Assembly (NCBI GenBank): GCA_965207735.1
Contig: OZ242296.1
Coordinates: 4,608,001 to 4,672,000, forward strand
Direction of reading: 5' to 3'
DNA from: Candidatus Versatilivorator sp.
GTDB taxonomy: Bacteria > Acidobacteriota > Terriglobia > Versatilivoradales > Versatilivoraceae
Length of the DNA stretch: 64,000 nucleotides
Part shown: piece by piece, positions 18,410 to 27,693 of the stretch
Layout of the letters: each line of letters opens with the position of its first letter
How positions within the stretch are numbered: position 1 is the stretch's first letter
The notes under the pieces: generated by a model
Seen by the model: only the letters and a program-made list of their open reading frames with translations
What the model was told of the DNA's origin: nothing
The model's database searches: none
Program-made: the position numbers and the translations under genes

Positions 18410-20734
18410 AAGCCGCGCTTCCCGAAAGGCGCGGTTGACCTGATCACTGGAGAGTCCGGGGCACTCCAGATAGCGCCGGCCCTCCACCGGGAGGACCACC
18501 CGGCTTTCCGTGGAGTCGAACCCTACCGGCCCCTTTCCCGGATCCTCCCACAATTGCAGGCCTTCTCCCGACAATTCCAGCTCCGCCCGGCCGCTGCCCG
18601 CGGTGTGCCAGTAGAGGACCCAGGAGGTTCCCCGGTGTTCGAAGAAGAAGGCGCGCAATTGGTCGTCGCCGTTGCCGCCGCGTTCGATCTGCCAGCAGGG
18701 CGCCAGCTCGAATTCGCCGGCCGCCGTCAGCAGCAGGGTGTGCTCCTGTTCGAGGTTCTTGAGGATCTCCCGGTGGGCCGGCGTCAGCCAGCGGCTCACC
18801 CTGACCTCTTCCCACCGCCGCAGGACTTCCAGGTTGTCCGGCGTCCTGGGGTGTCGAGAAAAGAGTTCCAGCCGGCCCCGGAAGGAAATGGGGCAGTCCC
18901 AGGCGGCGGCCCGGCTGGTGACGAATTCCAACATGTCCGGCTGGGTCCCGACGGTCTCCGCCGAGGGTTCCCAGTAGTCGATCCACCCGTAGTTGAGTCC
19001 GGTGAAGTCCTTGGCGATGCGGGGCGCTTCCTCGCCGGGATGGGCCCGGGTGGCGTCCTTCATCACCTCCGGGCGGAAGATGTCGAAGGCGTTGCCCCGG
19101 GTGAGGATGTGCCAGCTGAAGTGGGACTTGCAGGCTCCTTCCGCAAACAAGGGTCGCGGTTTCAACTGATTCCAGGTGAGCCACTGGGCCCGGGAGACGT
19201 TGAACCAGTAAGGCGGGGGGACGTCCTCGGCGCCGTCGAAGTAGGCGAACCGGAAGCCGGCTTGTCCATAGAGCTTCCCCAGGCGTTGGGCGACCTCCTC
19301 CTGGATGCCTGTCTTTTGATCGTAGACGCCCACCACCCCGGCCACCTCTCCCAGCAGGCCGAATTTGCGGCCGGACCGGTGCGGCCCGGCCCGGCTTCCC
19401 AGGGCTCCCCTGCGGCATCCCAGGAAGCGGTAGGGGCGCTCGGTGGTGAAGGAGCCGTACTCTACCAGTTCCTCCTCCAGTTTCAGCACCTTGACCGCGG
19501 AGTCGAGGTCGCAGCCCTCGGGGTTTTCCTCGACGTCGATTGTGGTCTGCCCGGCATCCGTGGCGCCGGCCAGGGTAAAGGTACGCTTCAGGTTCAGGCG
19601 AGGATCGGGCCGGGGAGTGATATAGGGGTCCTGCCCGATGGCCTTGTTGTAGTGGTGATGGAGTCCCGGAATCAGGCCGGCATCCTTGATCTTGCGGACG
19701 ATCTGCTGCAGGTCCCGGATGCCCCGGGGGAAGCGGTCCTTTCGAAAGCGGTAGTGCCCCGGGTTCGGGGCAAAGGCGGTGTAGTAGATCATGAAAGTCC
19801 GGAATCCGCCCCGCCTGGCGTATTCCAGGTGGCGGTCGATGTTTCCGGGAGTGACGTCGCTGACCCAGTAGTAGGAGTAGGGGTATTCCCTGCGCCGCCG
19901 ACTCTCCACACCGGGAGGCAGTTCGAAGTCCCTTTCCACCTGCGCCACCCCGTCCAGGATCCGGTCGGCGCCGGTCACGACAAGCGCCGCTCCCACCCCC
20001 TCCAGCTTGACCTCCCGTATGGCCGCGGCCTGCATCAGGTGGTAACCGTCCCGCTCCAGTCCGTCGATGCGCGGGTAGGGGTCGGATCCCAACAGGCAGA
20101 CGGCCACCGAGTCGTCCCACTGGACGTTCAGCCACTCCCCGAAATGCGTGCGGTCGCGCACCGGAAGCTGAAGCAGGCATACTTCGTCTAGCGGCGTCGG
20201 CCGTTTCTGGCGGAACCCCGGCTTTCCGGCCGACTCGATCTTCTCCACCGCAAAGCTGAAGTAGTCCTCGGTGACCCGGGTCTTGAGGGTCACTTCATGA
20301 TCCACCAGCTCGAACTCCAGCACCAGCCGATCTCCTTGGCGGCGAACCGAACGGGCAGGGAAGGTCCTCGATTTGGCGGGGTATCGGAGTTGCAGCTCGT
20401 TTTCGTAGGGGCGGTACTGGGTTACCGAAAAAACGGGGGTCGCGGTCCCCGGAGCCAGGCATTCCTGGCCGGTCCCCTTGTGCCAGAGGCTGCGGGCGGT
20501 GCCTTCGGGCCCGATGATCAAGCGGGCTTGCCGGTTTTCCAGGACGATGTCGTCGGGTTCCGGAATTACCGGCTTCCCGGCGGTCGAAACCCGCTTTCCG
20601 GACTTCTCCAGCCCACAGCCGGGGGCCAGCAGCCCGGCGGCCCCCGCCAGAGTTCCGGACTTCAGGAAGTCCCTCCGGCTTTGACCGCCTGGAGCCCGGC
20701 CTTGACCTGGGGATCGTTTGGCTTCGTTCTCCAT
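18404..20734 (-). CDS. Tat-exported protein, probable glycoside-hydrolase-like TIM barrel
   Basis: SRRDFLK twin-arginine signal with lipobox-like APGC; F.KDRFP.G..L...I.DAGL.PGLH and AYFDG motifs resemble GH27/GH36-clan barrels. Confidence 0.6.
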   Translation of the reverse strand: MENEAKRSPGQGRAPGGQSRRDFLKSGTLAGAAGLLAPGCGLEKSGKRVSTAGKPVIPEPDDIVLENRQARLIIGPEGTARSLWHKGTGQECLAPGTATPVFSVTQYRPYENELQLRYPAKSRTFPARSVRRQGDRLVLEFELVDHEVTLKTRVTEDYFSFAVEKIESAGKPGFRQKRPTPLDEVCLLQLPVRDRTHFGEWLNVQWDDSVAVCLLGSDPYPRIDGLERDGYHLMQAAAIREVKLEGVGAALVVTGADRILDGVAQVERDFELPPGVESRRRREYPYSYYWVSDVTPGNIDRHLEYARRGGFRTFMIYYTAFAPNPGHYRFRKDRFPRGIRDLQQIVRKIKDAGLIPGLHHHYNKAIGQDPYITPRPDPRLNLKRTFTLAGATDAGQTTIDVEENPEGCDLDSAVKVLKLEEELVEYGSFTTERPYRFLGCRRGALGSRAGPHRSGRKFGLLGEVAGVVGVYDQKTGIQEEVAQRLGKLYGQAGFRFAYFDGAEDVPPPYWFNVSRAQWLTWNQLKPRPLFAEGACKSHFSWHILTRGNAFDIFRPEVMKDATRAHPGEEAPRIAKDFTGLNYGWIDYWEPSAETVGTQPDMLEFVTSRAAAWDCPISFRGRLELFSRHPRTPDNLEVLRRWEEVRVSRWLTPAHREILKNLEQEHTLLLTAAGEFELAPCWQIERGGNGDDQLRAFFFEHRGTSWVLYWHTAGSGRAELELSGEGLQLWEDPGKGPVGFDSTESRVVLPVEGRRYLECPGLSSDQVNRAFREARLA

Positions 20735-20845
20735 CGTCTATGCTCCTGAATGGCCGCCCGCCCGGATCCACTTCGGTGGTTCGGCACAGAATCCAACGGC
20801 ACGAGCCTTTTGCAATATTCGTCGTGGAGTGCTAGGGAGGAACAA

Positions 20846-21061
20846 TCAATCTACTTCGGTAGACACGAACCAGCCTTTCACGGGACAAGCGAGGAGTGTA
20901 TCCACCAGTCCCTGGTTCTTCGGGGGTTCGGCGAGCACAAGACGATATTCACCATTATCCACCCGTTCGATATCAAACGCCTGGCCGGGTTGGATGTTGT
21001 CGTGCTTGCGCAGTTCTACCGGTATGACGATCTGGCCTTTGGTAGAGATGACGGTTTTCAT
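20846..21061 (-). CDS. AbrB/MazE/SpoVT-family DNA-binding protein (antitoxin-like)
   Basis: STKGQIVIPVELRK...I.PG signature; 71 aa. Confidence 0.8.
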   Translation of the reverse strand: MKTVISTKGQIVIPVELRKHDNIQPGQAFDIERVDNGEYRLVLAEPPKNQGLVDTLLACPVKGWFVSTEVD

Positions 21062-21180
21062 GCCAGGTAAGCTAACATCTTACCGGGATAATTGTCGACC
21101 CTGAGAGGTTCGCGCATTTATTCGAATTCGGGCCGGCAATCACACGACTTACCATTTCCGATACCATAGGACAGGCAAGT

Positions 21181-21323
21181 CCGGCCCCCGCCCTGCCGGG
21201 CGGATCATTCAAGAGTGAAAAAATCGGAAATCGATAATCCTTTCGTGACCTTGGTACCCCGTCGCGGTTAACCTCAACGCCTTAGTGGCCCTTGGTGGAT
21301 GACTCTTTTTTCTTTTGTTTCAG
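21181..21323. repeat. Repeat family A copy
   Basis: Colinear with 18234-18409 and 32930-33074. Confidence 0.85.
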
Positions 21324-21435
21324 TCCGCGGGAAAGCGAAGCTGGAGGTGGAATCAGTCAGGATGCAGAATTACCGTTGGAAGGAGTATGATGGTTCTGCC
21401 AATATAGTCCCGGAAGTTCGAAGGGAGGCACGACA

Positions 21436-22386
21436 ATGGATGCTGGCAAGGTCTTTGATCCCGAAGACAGTCAGGACGCCTGTGAATTCTTGAAGCAGCA
21501 GGGGTACGTGATTTTCGACCGGGTCTTTCGAGGAAAGGAACTGCAGCAGATCGTCACCGATTGCGACCGTCTGATGGCCAGGGAGCGCGAATTTCACTTC
21601 GATCCGGGCGACGGACCCGAATCCCCCGACGACGCTGAAATAGCGGCCTATCTGGCCCGGACCTACAAGGTGGACGAAGCCGAGCTGAACCGGGTCATGA
21701 GGAGGATCCGCCACACCCGAGCCCGCAATCACGATACTCCCTGGCCGGTGCCGGCAGAGCAGGTGAACCACAATTTTCTCCACATCCCCCTGCTCCTGGA
21801 CGAAGGACGCCTGCAGCGCTGCTTCAACCTTCCCGCCAAGCTGATCGCTTGCGACCGTCTGTTCGACCATCCCATTCTTCGGCAGCTCATGGGTGAATTG
21901 CTTGGGAAGGATTGCGTGCTGTCCGATATGGCGGCCACCCGGATCGGCCCTCAGTCGGAGCCCTCCTACTGGCATGTCGATTCGCCGTTCACCATGGTCC
22001 CCGAGCCCCTTCCCACCATCCCCATGGCTATCGCCATCGGCTGGATGCTGGACGACTTCACCGTGGAAAACGGCGCCACCCGAGTGGTGGCCGGCACCCA
22101 CCTCAGCGGCAGGAAGCCACCCTGGACCTACGATTCGGTCGAGGGCGAAGTGGCCCTGACGGCCCCTGCCGGCAGCCTGGCGGTGTGGTTTTCACAGACC
22201 TGGCACCGAGCCGGAACCAACCTGACGGACGCCCCCCGGAGAGCCGTGCTGGGGAACTTCATTTGCGCCTGGATCAAGCCCTTCACCGACTACACTCGCA
22301 GCATTCCTGACGATGTGGTGGATCGTTACCCACCCCACGCCCGCTACCTGCTGGGCTGGTCGGCGTTCGGCCCCACCCGCGGCTGA
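21436..22386 (+). CDS. Phytanoyl-CoA dioxygenase (PhyH) family Fe(II)/2OG oxygenase
   Basis: WHVD (HxD), LDDFTVENGATRVVAGTH, WHRAG.N motifs; GGAGG RBS. Confidence 0.9.
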   Translation: MDAGKVFDPEDSQDACEFLKQQGYVIFDRVFRGKELQQIVTDCDRLMAREREFHFDPGDGPESPDDAEIAAYLARTYKVDEAELNRVMRRIRHTRARNHDTPWPVPAEQVNHNFLHIPLLLDEGRLQRCFNLPAKLIACDRLFDHPILRQLMGELLGKDCVLSDMAATRIGPQSEPSYWHVDSPFTMVPEPLPTIPMAIAIGWMLDDFTVENGATRVVAGTHLSGRKPPWTYDSVEGEVALTAPAGSLAVWFSQTWHRAGTNLTDAPRRAVLGNFICAWIKPFTDYTRSIPDDVVDRYPPHARYLLGWSAFGPTRG

Positions 22387-22411
22387 CCAACCGGGGCTTC
22401 CTGACGGCTCA

Positions 22412-22816
22412 ATGCACCCACTGCTTGCAGGCCTGATGCTTATGACAGCCGGCTGCCCCCTGCTTGGCGGCTGTTCAACTGCCGACCCGGTAATTTCCCG
22501 GCAGGCAACATTAGTGACCAAACCGGTGACCTGGCGAGGTGGCTTGCGCCTGACGGCGGACTCTGAATCCGGTTGGGTGAAAGTGGCCCTCATCGGTGAC
22601 CAAGGGAAGGTCTTGGCCACCAGCCGGCCCGTCGAGGGCAGCGTGACCGACGGCGAGGTTCATTTTGAGGGTTCGAACCGGCTGGAAGACTTGGCCGGGC
22701 GATCGGTTCGTCTGAGGTTTGTCCTGCAGAGGGCCAAGCTCTATTCTTTATGTGCTGACGCGGTAGAGGCTTTTTTCGCCATTCCGCCGGCACTGACTCA
22801 CGGAACCGGGAGTTGA
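22412..22816 (+). CDS. Hypothetical small protein or remnant of a C-terminal beta-domain
   Basis: Hydrophobic N-terminus ending LGGC, then LVTKPV...L.G..VRLRF.L..AKLYS, which resembles C-terminal domains of larger planctomycete-type proteins. Start uncertain. Confidence 0.4.
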   Translation: MHPLLAGLMLMTAGCPLLGGCSTADPVISRQATLVTKPVTWRGGLRLTADSESGWVKVALIGDQGKVLATSRPVEGSVTDGEVHFEGSNRLEDLAGRSVRLRFVLQRAKLYSLCADAVEAFFAIPPALTHGTGS

Positions 22817-22874
22817 AGATCGGCCATGACTCAGCCCGGTCCAAGAATCTACAGGATCCAGCCAGTCCACCGGT

Positions 22875-24347
22875 CTACAGCAGAATTTCGTCGATGACCC
22901 GTCCGCCGATGTCGGTGAGCCGTTTGAAGCGCCCGGCATGGAGGAAGGTCAGTTGATGCTGATCCAGACCCATCAGGCGTAGCAAGGTTGCGTGCACGTC
23001 ACGCACCGGGAGCGACTCTCCGGCGCTGCGCAGCGCGAATTCGTCGGTCTCTCCGAAGGTGGCTCCGGGGCGCACGTCTCCACCCGCCATCCACATGACC
23101 AGCCCGAAGCGATTGTGGTCCCGTCCGGGTTTGTCCGAAACCACGTTGGAATCGAAAGGCGTCCTTCCCATCTCCGACGCCCACACCACCAGGGTCTCTT
23201 CCAGCATTCCCCGGGATTTCAGGTCCTTCAGCAGGCCGGCAATGGGCCGATCGACTTCATGGCACAAGACCGGCAGGCGACCGGCCAGGTCCCCGTGCTG
23301 ATCCCAGGGTTTGCCCTTGCCGTGCAGGAGCTTGACGAAGCGAACCCCCCGCTCCACCATGCGGCGGGCCATCAGGCACTGGCGGCCGAAGGTCTCTGCA
23401 ACCGGGTCGTCGAGCCCGTAGAGCTTCCTGGTGGCTTCCGATTCTCCGGAGAGATCGATCAACTCCGGCGCCGAGCTCTGCATCTGGAAGGCCATCTCGT
23501 AGGCGGCGATTCGGGCTTCGAGCTCTCCGGTTCGGGTACGCTGGTGGGCGTGCCTCCGGTTCAGCCATTTCAGCAGGTCTAGCTCGTTGCGCCGGTTGCT
23601 CGGAGAAGTCCCGGCCGGCGGGTGCAGATCGGCGATGGGATTGGAGCCCGGCCGGAAGAGCGTTCCCTGGTGGATGGCAGGCAGGAAACCGTGGCTCCAC
23701 TGGGAAGCGCCGCCCACCGCGGGAGCCCCCTGTCCCAGCACGATAAAGCCCGGCAGATTCCGGTTCTCGCTCCCCAGACCATAGGTCATCCAGGCACCGA
23801 TGGCCGCTCCGCCGGGAAGGATCTGTCCCGTCAGGGAATGATAGACAGCCGGAGCGTGATTGCTGCTGTCGACCGTGACACCGTGGAGAAAGGCCATGTC
23901 GTCGACACAGGTCGACAGGTGGGGCAGCAGTTCCGACATCCACCGGCCTGACTGGCCGTGCCGAGCGAAGCTGAACGGCGAAGGGATGATGCGGTTGTGG
24001 GCGGTTCCGAGGCTGGCCACGTCCAGGTCGGTCCCGCGGACTGAGGGCATCTGCTGCCCTGCATACTTGTCGAGGGCCGGCCGGTACTCGAAGGTGTCCA
24101 TCTGGCTCACTCCACCTTCCAGGAAGAGAAAGATGCAGTGTTTGGCCTTGGCCGGCAAGTGGGCCGGCTTGGGCAGCAGCGGATTCTCGGCCGAACCGGC
24201 CGAGGCGCCCAGATTGGTCGCCAGCAGGTCCATGAGGGCCAGGCTGCCGAGACCCAGATACGATTTCTGCAGAAACTCCCGGCGGGAAGGTCGAGCGCTC
24301 ATGTTGGAATCCCTTTGAGGGCTTCGTCGGATCGGACTCTGTGACAC
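22875..24347 (-). CDS. DUF1501 family protein (Tat signal)
   Basis: SRREFL; KAKHCIFLFLEGGVSQMDTF; CLMARRMVERGVRFV; WDQH; EMGRTP; GRDHN. Confidence 0.9.
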   Translation of the reverse strand: MSQSPIRRSPQRDSNMSARPSRREFLQKSYLGLGSLALMDLLATNLGASAGSAENPLLPKPAHLPAKAKHCIFLFLEGGVSQMDTFEYRPALDKYAGQQMPSVRGTDLDVASLGTAHNRIIPSPFSFARHGQSGRWMSELLPHLSTCVDDMAFLHGVTVDSSNHAPAVYHSLTGQILPGGAAIGAWMTYGLGSENRNLPGFIVLGQGAPAVGGASQWSHGFLPAIHQGTLFRPGSNPIADLHPPAGTSPSNRRNELDLLKWLNRRHAHQRTRTGELEARIAAYEMAFQMQSSAPELIDLSGESEATRKLYGLDDPVAETFGRQCLMARRMVERGVRFVKLLHGKGKPWDQHGDLAGRLPVLCHEVDRPIAGLLKDLKSRGMLEETLVVWASEMGRTPFDSNVVSDKPGRDHNRFGLVMWMAGGDVRPGATFGETDEFALRSAGESLPVRDVHATLLRLMGLDQHQLTFLHAGRFKRLTDIGGRVIDEILL

Positions 24348-24360
24348 TATTCTAACTCAC

Positions 24361-27099
24361 TCAGTCTATGAATAATAACTCGTTGGAATTGAGGATGACC
24401 CGGCAAAGGGCTTCCAGAGACCCCTGAAACTCCACGAATTGCTGCTGCTCGGCCTGATCGGGCAGGCGGTTCAACACGATCTCGAATAGTCGGGCCACTT
24501 GGTCCTTCCTCCGGCCGCCGGCTTCTCGTTCCACGCGGGCCGCCAGGTGGGTCGCTTCCTCGTTCAACAGCCGGCCGTTCATCATCGAAAGGGCTTGCAG
24601 GGGAGTGGTAGTGACGCTGCGGCGCTCACAGGATTCGTTGAAGACCGGTGCATCGAACGAGGCCATCATGGGCAGTGGGAGCGACCGTCGCTGAAAGATG
24701 TAGACCGACCGTCTCCGGGCGTCGCGCTCGCTTTCGATGGGCTCCCACATCGAGCCTCCGGCCCGGGCGGGACGGCTCAGATCCTTCATGTCATCCGGCA
24801 AGGGCGGAAAGACGCTGGGTCCTCTTTGCTCCAGATTCAACCGGTCGCTGGCAGACAGAATGCTGTCTCGGATGGCCTCCGCCTCGAGCCGGCGGCGGTT
24901 GAAGCGCCACAACAGGCGGTTCTCCGGGTCCGAGGAGGCACCGCCGACCCCGGGATTGTCCGCCGACTGGCAGTAGGTGCTGCTGGTCACCATGAGCCGA
25001 TGCATGGCTTTCACGCTCCAGCTTTTTTCCATGAACCGGACCGCCAGCCAGTCCAGCAGTTCGGGGTGGGTGGGGCGGTCGCCGTTCTTGCCGAAGTCGC
25101 TCGGAGTTCCCACAATGCCGCGTCCGAAGTGCTGCTGCCAGATGCGATTGACCATCACCCGGGCGGTGAGTGGATTCTCTCGGCTGGCGATCCACTTGGC
25201 CAGCGTCATGCGCCGGCCTCGGGTTGGATACTGGCGGTAGCGGTCCTTTTCCAGCACGGCCGCGCCATCGCTCCCGGTGATGGCGCTGGGGAATCCAGGA
25301 TCGACCGCCTCTCCGGGTTGCCGGTAGTCCCCGCCCTTCAACACGCGGGTCGCCGGGATTCCCGGTCCCAGGGGAGGACCGATCACGTTGGTCACCGTCA
25401 GGGCCAGCGGCCTCCAGCGCAACAGCCGGCGCCGCAGAACCTCCATGGTGTCCGAAAGTTCAAGGTGCCGCTGCTTCTCCTCGCGGGTAAAGTACTTCGA
25501 GGGTCGATTCACGCGACGGGCTTCGGCGCGAACATCCGCCAGCCCCAGCGCCCGGAAGCGCCCCGGCGGATCGACGACCCGGTCGGCATAAGCCGCGGTG
25601 AGCTTCTCTAGCAGCCATCCCTCATAGCGGGCCAGGGCCTGGTGGTCCATCTGCTCCAGCGTGCGCCCGGCGGTCTCCTTCAAGCGGTCATATTCTGTTT
25701 TTTCCTTGGCGGAAAAGACCTTCTGTTCCTTGCGCGCAAATTCGAGTTCGAGGTCCTTTGCGGTGAGCTTTTCTGAGGCTGCCTCCGAGATTTTCTTTGA
25801 GATCAGCTTGTCCAGAAGCGCCTGTTCGAACGCGTCCAACTCCTGCTTTTCCGGCCCGTTTTCGAGGCGCTTCCGGTACTGTTCGATCTTGGATTCGGCC
25901 AAGGTCCTGAAACGCGGGTCCTTGTAGGGGACGATGAACTCTTCAGGCGGAATCCCGGAGGTGTTGGGGGGCAGGGGGACCCGGATGGCGTTGAAGAAAG
26001 CCTGGAAGCGATAGTAGTCTCTGGCGGGAATGGGATCGTACTTGTGGTCGTGGCAGCGGGCGCAGCCGAGGGTCAACCCCAGGAAGATGGACCCCGTCGC
26101 CGTGGTCACTTCATCCAGGAAGTCCTGTCTCAACTGTTCGGAGGCCAGGTTGCCCAGATCCCAGGGCGCCAGCCGCAGGAAACCCGCGGGAATGTGTCCC
26201 TGAATTTCCGGATTGTACCAGGCCTTGCGGCTGTGCTCGTCGCCGCCCGCCAGTTGAAGCATGACAAACCGATCGTAGGGCAGATCGGAATTGAAGGCCT
26301 CGATCACCCAGTCCCGATAGCGCCAGGCGTTCCCAATGAGAATATCTCCTTCCATGCCGTCCGACTCTCCATAGCGGACCAGGTCCAGCCAGTGGCGTCC
26401 CCAGCGCTCGCCATATCTGGCGTCGGCCAACAGGGTGTCCACCAGTTTTTCGTAGGAGTTGGGCGAAGGATCGTTGAGAAAGCGTTGCATTTCCCCGGGC
26501 GTGGGCGGCATCCCGATCAGGTCCAGATAGACCCGGCGCGCCAGCGTTCGCCTGGAGGCAGGGGGGGCGGGGGACAACCCGTTTTTCTTCTCCAGTCTGT
26601 GCAAGATGAATCGGTCGATGGGATTGCGCACCCAGCCGGAGTTCTCGACCTCGGGAGGAACGGTTTTGACCGGTTGGCGGAAAGGCCAAGTCCAAGCCGC
26701 GGCTTGGGCTCCTTCCGTCGGTTGGAGGCTGCGAATCCAGTTCTCGATCCGTGCAATCTCGCGCTCGGTCAAGACTCCGCCCAGAGGCATCCGGGGATTG
26801 ATCTGGCCCTTGAGGAGACGGACGAGAGGGCTTCCCTCCGCATTGCCCTCCAGCACCGCCTTGCCGTGCTTGTTGCCGCCCGAAATCACCGAATGCAGGC
26901 TCGTCACCGAAAAACCGCTGGTCTGTTCTCCCTCGGAGTGACAGGCTTGACATCGAGCCAGCAACAGGGGCTTGACCTCCTTTTCAAACAGGGGATCGGT
27001 GGGCTCACCCAGGGCGAGGCAGGGAGCCAGGATGGCCTGCAAGAGCAGGCCGGTCAATCGGTGAGAAATGCGGGTTACAGCCATGGACAACTCCAACAA
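24361..27099 (-). CDS. Planctomycete-type cytochrome c protein (PSCyt1 + DUF1549 + DUF1553/PSD1)
   Basis: CQACH and [12 protein letters not shown] heme motifs; [12 protein letters not shown]; [20 protein letters not shown]; [11 protein letters not shown]. Start may be ATG 27084. Confidence 0.9.
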   Translation of the reverse strand: MLELSMAVTRISHRLTGLLLQAILAPCLALGEPTDPLFEKEVKPLLLARCQACHSEGEQTSGFSVTSLHSVISGGNKHGKAVLEGNAEGSPLVRLLKGQINPRMPLGGVLTEREIARIENWIRSLQPTEGAQAAAWTWPFRQPVKTVPPEVENSGWVRNPIDRFILHRLEKKNGLSPAPPASRRTLARRVYLDLIGMPPTPGEMQRFLNDPSPNSYEKLVDTLLADARYGERWGRHWLDLVRYGESDGMEGDILIGNAWRYRDWVIEAFNSDLPYDRFVMLQLAGGDEHSRKAWYNPEIQGHIPAGFLRLAPWDLGNLASEQLRQDFLDEVTTATGSIFLGLTLGCARCHDHKYDPIPARDYYRFQAFFNAIRVPLPPNTSGIPPEEFIVPYKDPRFRTLAESKIEQYRKRLENGPEKQELDAFEQALLDKLISKKISEAASEKLTAKDLELEFARKEQKVFSAKEKTEYDRLKETAGRTLEQMDHQALARYEGWLLEKLTAAYADRVVDPPGRFRALGLADVRAEARRVNRPSKYFTREEKQRHLELSDTMEVLRRRLLRWRPLALTVTNVIGPPLGPGIPATRVLKGGDYRQPGEAVDPGFPSAITGSDGAAVLEKDRYRQYPTRGRRMTLAKWIASRENPLTARVMVNRIWQQHFGRGIVGTPSDFGKNGDRPTHPELLDWLAVRFMEKSWSVKAMHRLMVTSSTYCQSADNPGVGGASSDPENRLLWRFNRRRLEAEAIRDSILSASDRLNLEQRGPSVFPPLPDDMKDLSRPARAGGSMWEPIESERDARRRSVYIFQRRSLPLPMMASFDAPVFNESCERRSVTTTPLQALSMMNGRLLNEEATHLAARVEREAGGRRKDQVARLFEIVLNRLPDQAEQQQFVEFQGSLEALCRVILNSNELLFID

Positions 27100-27182
27100 A
27101 TGCAGCCTTGGAAAGTATATCGGAGAACACCCTTACAAGTGAGCCTTTTGCAAAATTCGGATCTGCACGGGCCGCCCAATAG

Positions 27183-27357
27183 CCCCCCGGGAGCGCGGGC
27201 GTCCCGCCTGCATCCTTATGCCCCATTCCTTTCGGCGGCAACCTCAACGGTCAAACCGAAGCAGACCCAGGGCGCAGTTCCGGGTCGATCCGAGTGGCGG
27301 AGATGGCCAAGGCTGTGCCCGACATGGTGCGGGCGGGACGCCCGCGCTCCCGGGGGG
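27183..27357. repeat. Inverted REP doublet (REPIN-like)
   Basis: 30-bp arms CCCCCCGGGAGCGCGGGCGTCCCGCCTGCA and TGCGGGCGGGACGCCCGCGCTCCCGGGGGG (1 mismatch); another arm near 49598-49624. Confidence 0.75.
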
Positions 27358-27437
27358 GCATCCTCGACACCCTAAACCGAGAACATCATTTACATCATGC
27401 CCCGGAATCAGGCAAGGAGTCTGGTTCAGCGCTCAAG

Positions 27438-27510
27438 TATCACTCCCCCCTTGAGGGGGAGTCGGAGAAGCCGAGCCGAATGGCGAAGGCTGATCCGGAG
27501 GGGGGCCAAC
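27438..27510. repeat. Repeat family B copy
   Basis: TATCACTCCCCCCTTGAGGGGGAGTCG..GAAGCCGAGCCGAATGGCGAAGGCTGAT; also at 34554-34750, inverted at 34429-34454 and 48387-48411. Confidence 0.8.
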
Positions 27511-27693
27511 GCGGCGTCCCGAGAGTGCTCCGCCCGCCGTCGATCCAGAGGAGGGCAGACGCCACCTCCCGGGGATCACAACCCTTCCCGGTAATCAATT
27601 CCGCTTACCGAAGAATCTTGCAATAGGCCCAACATTGTGAACGCAGTCCCAAACTTGTACTAGGATAGCGGACGGCGAAGGCGGAAGCTCCAA

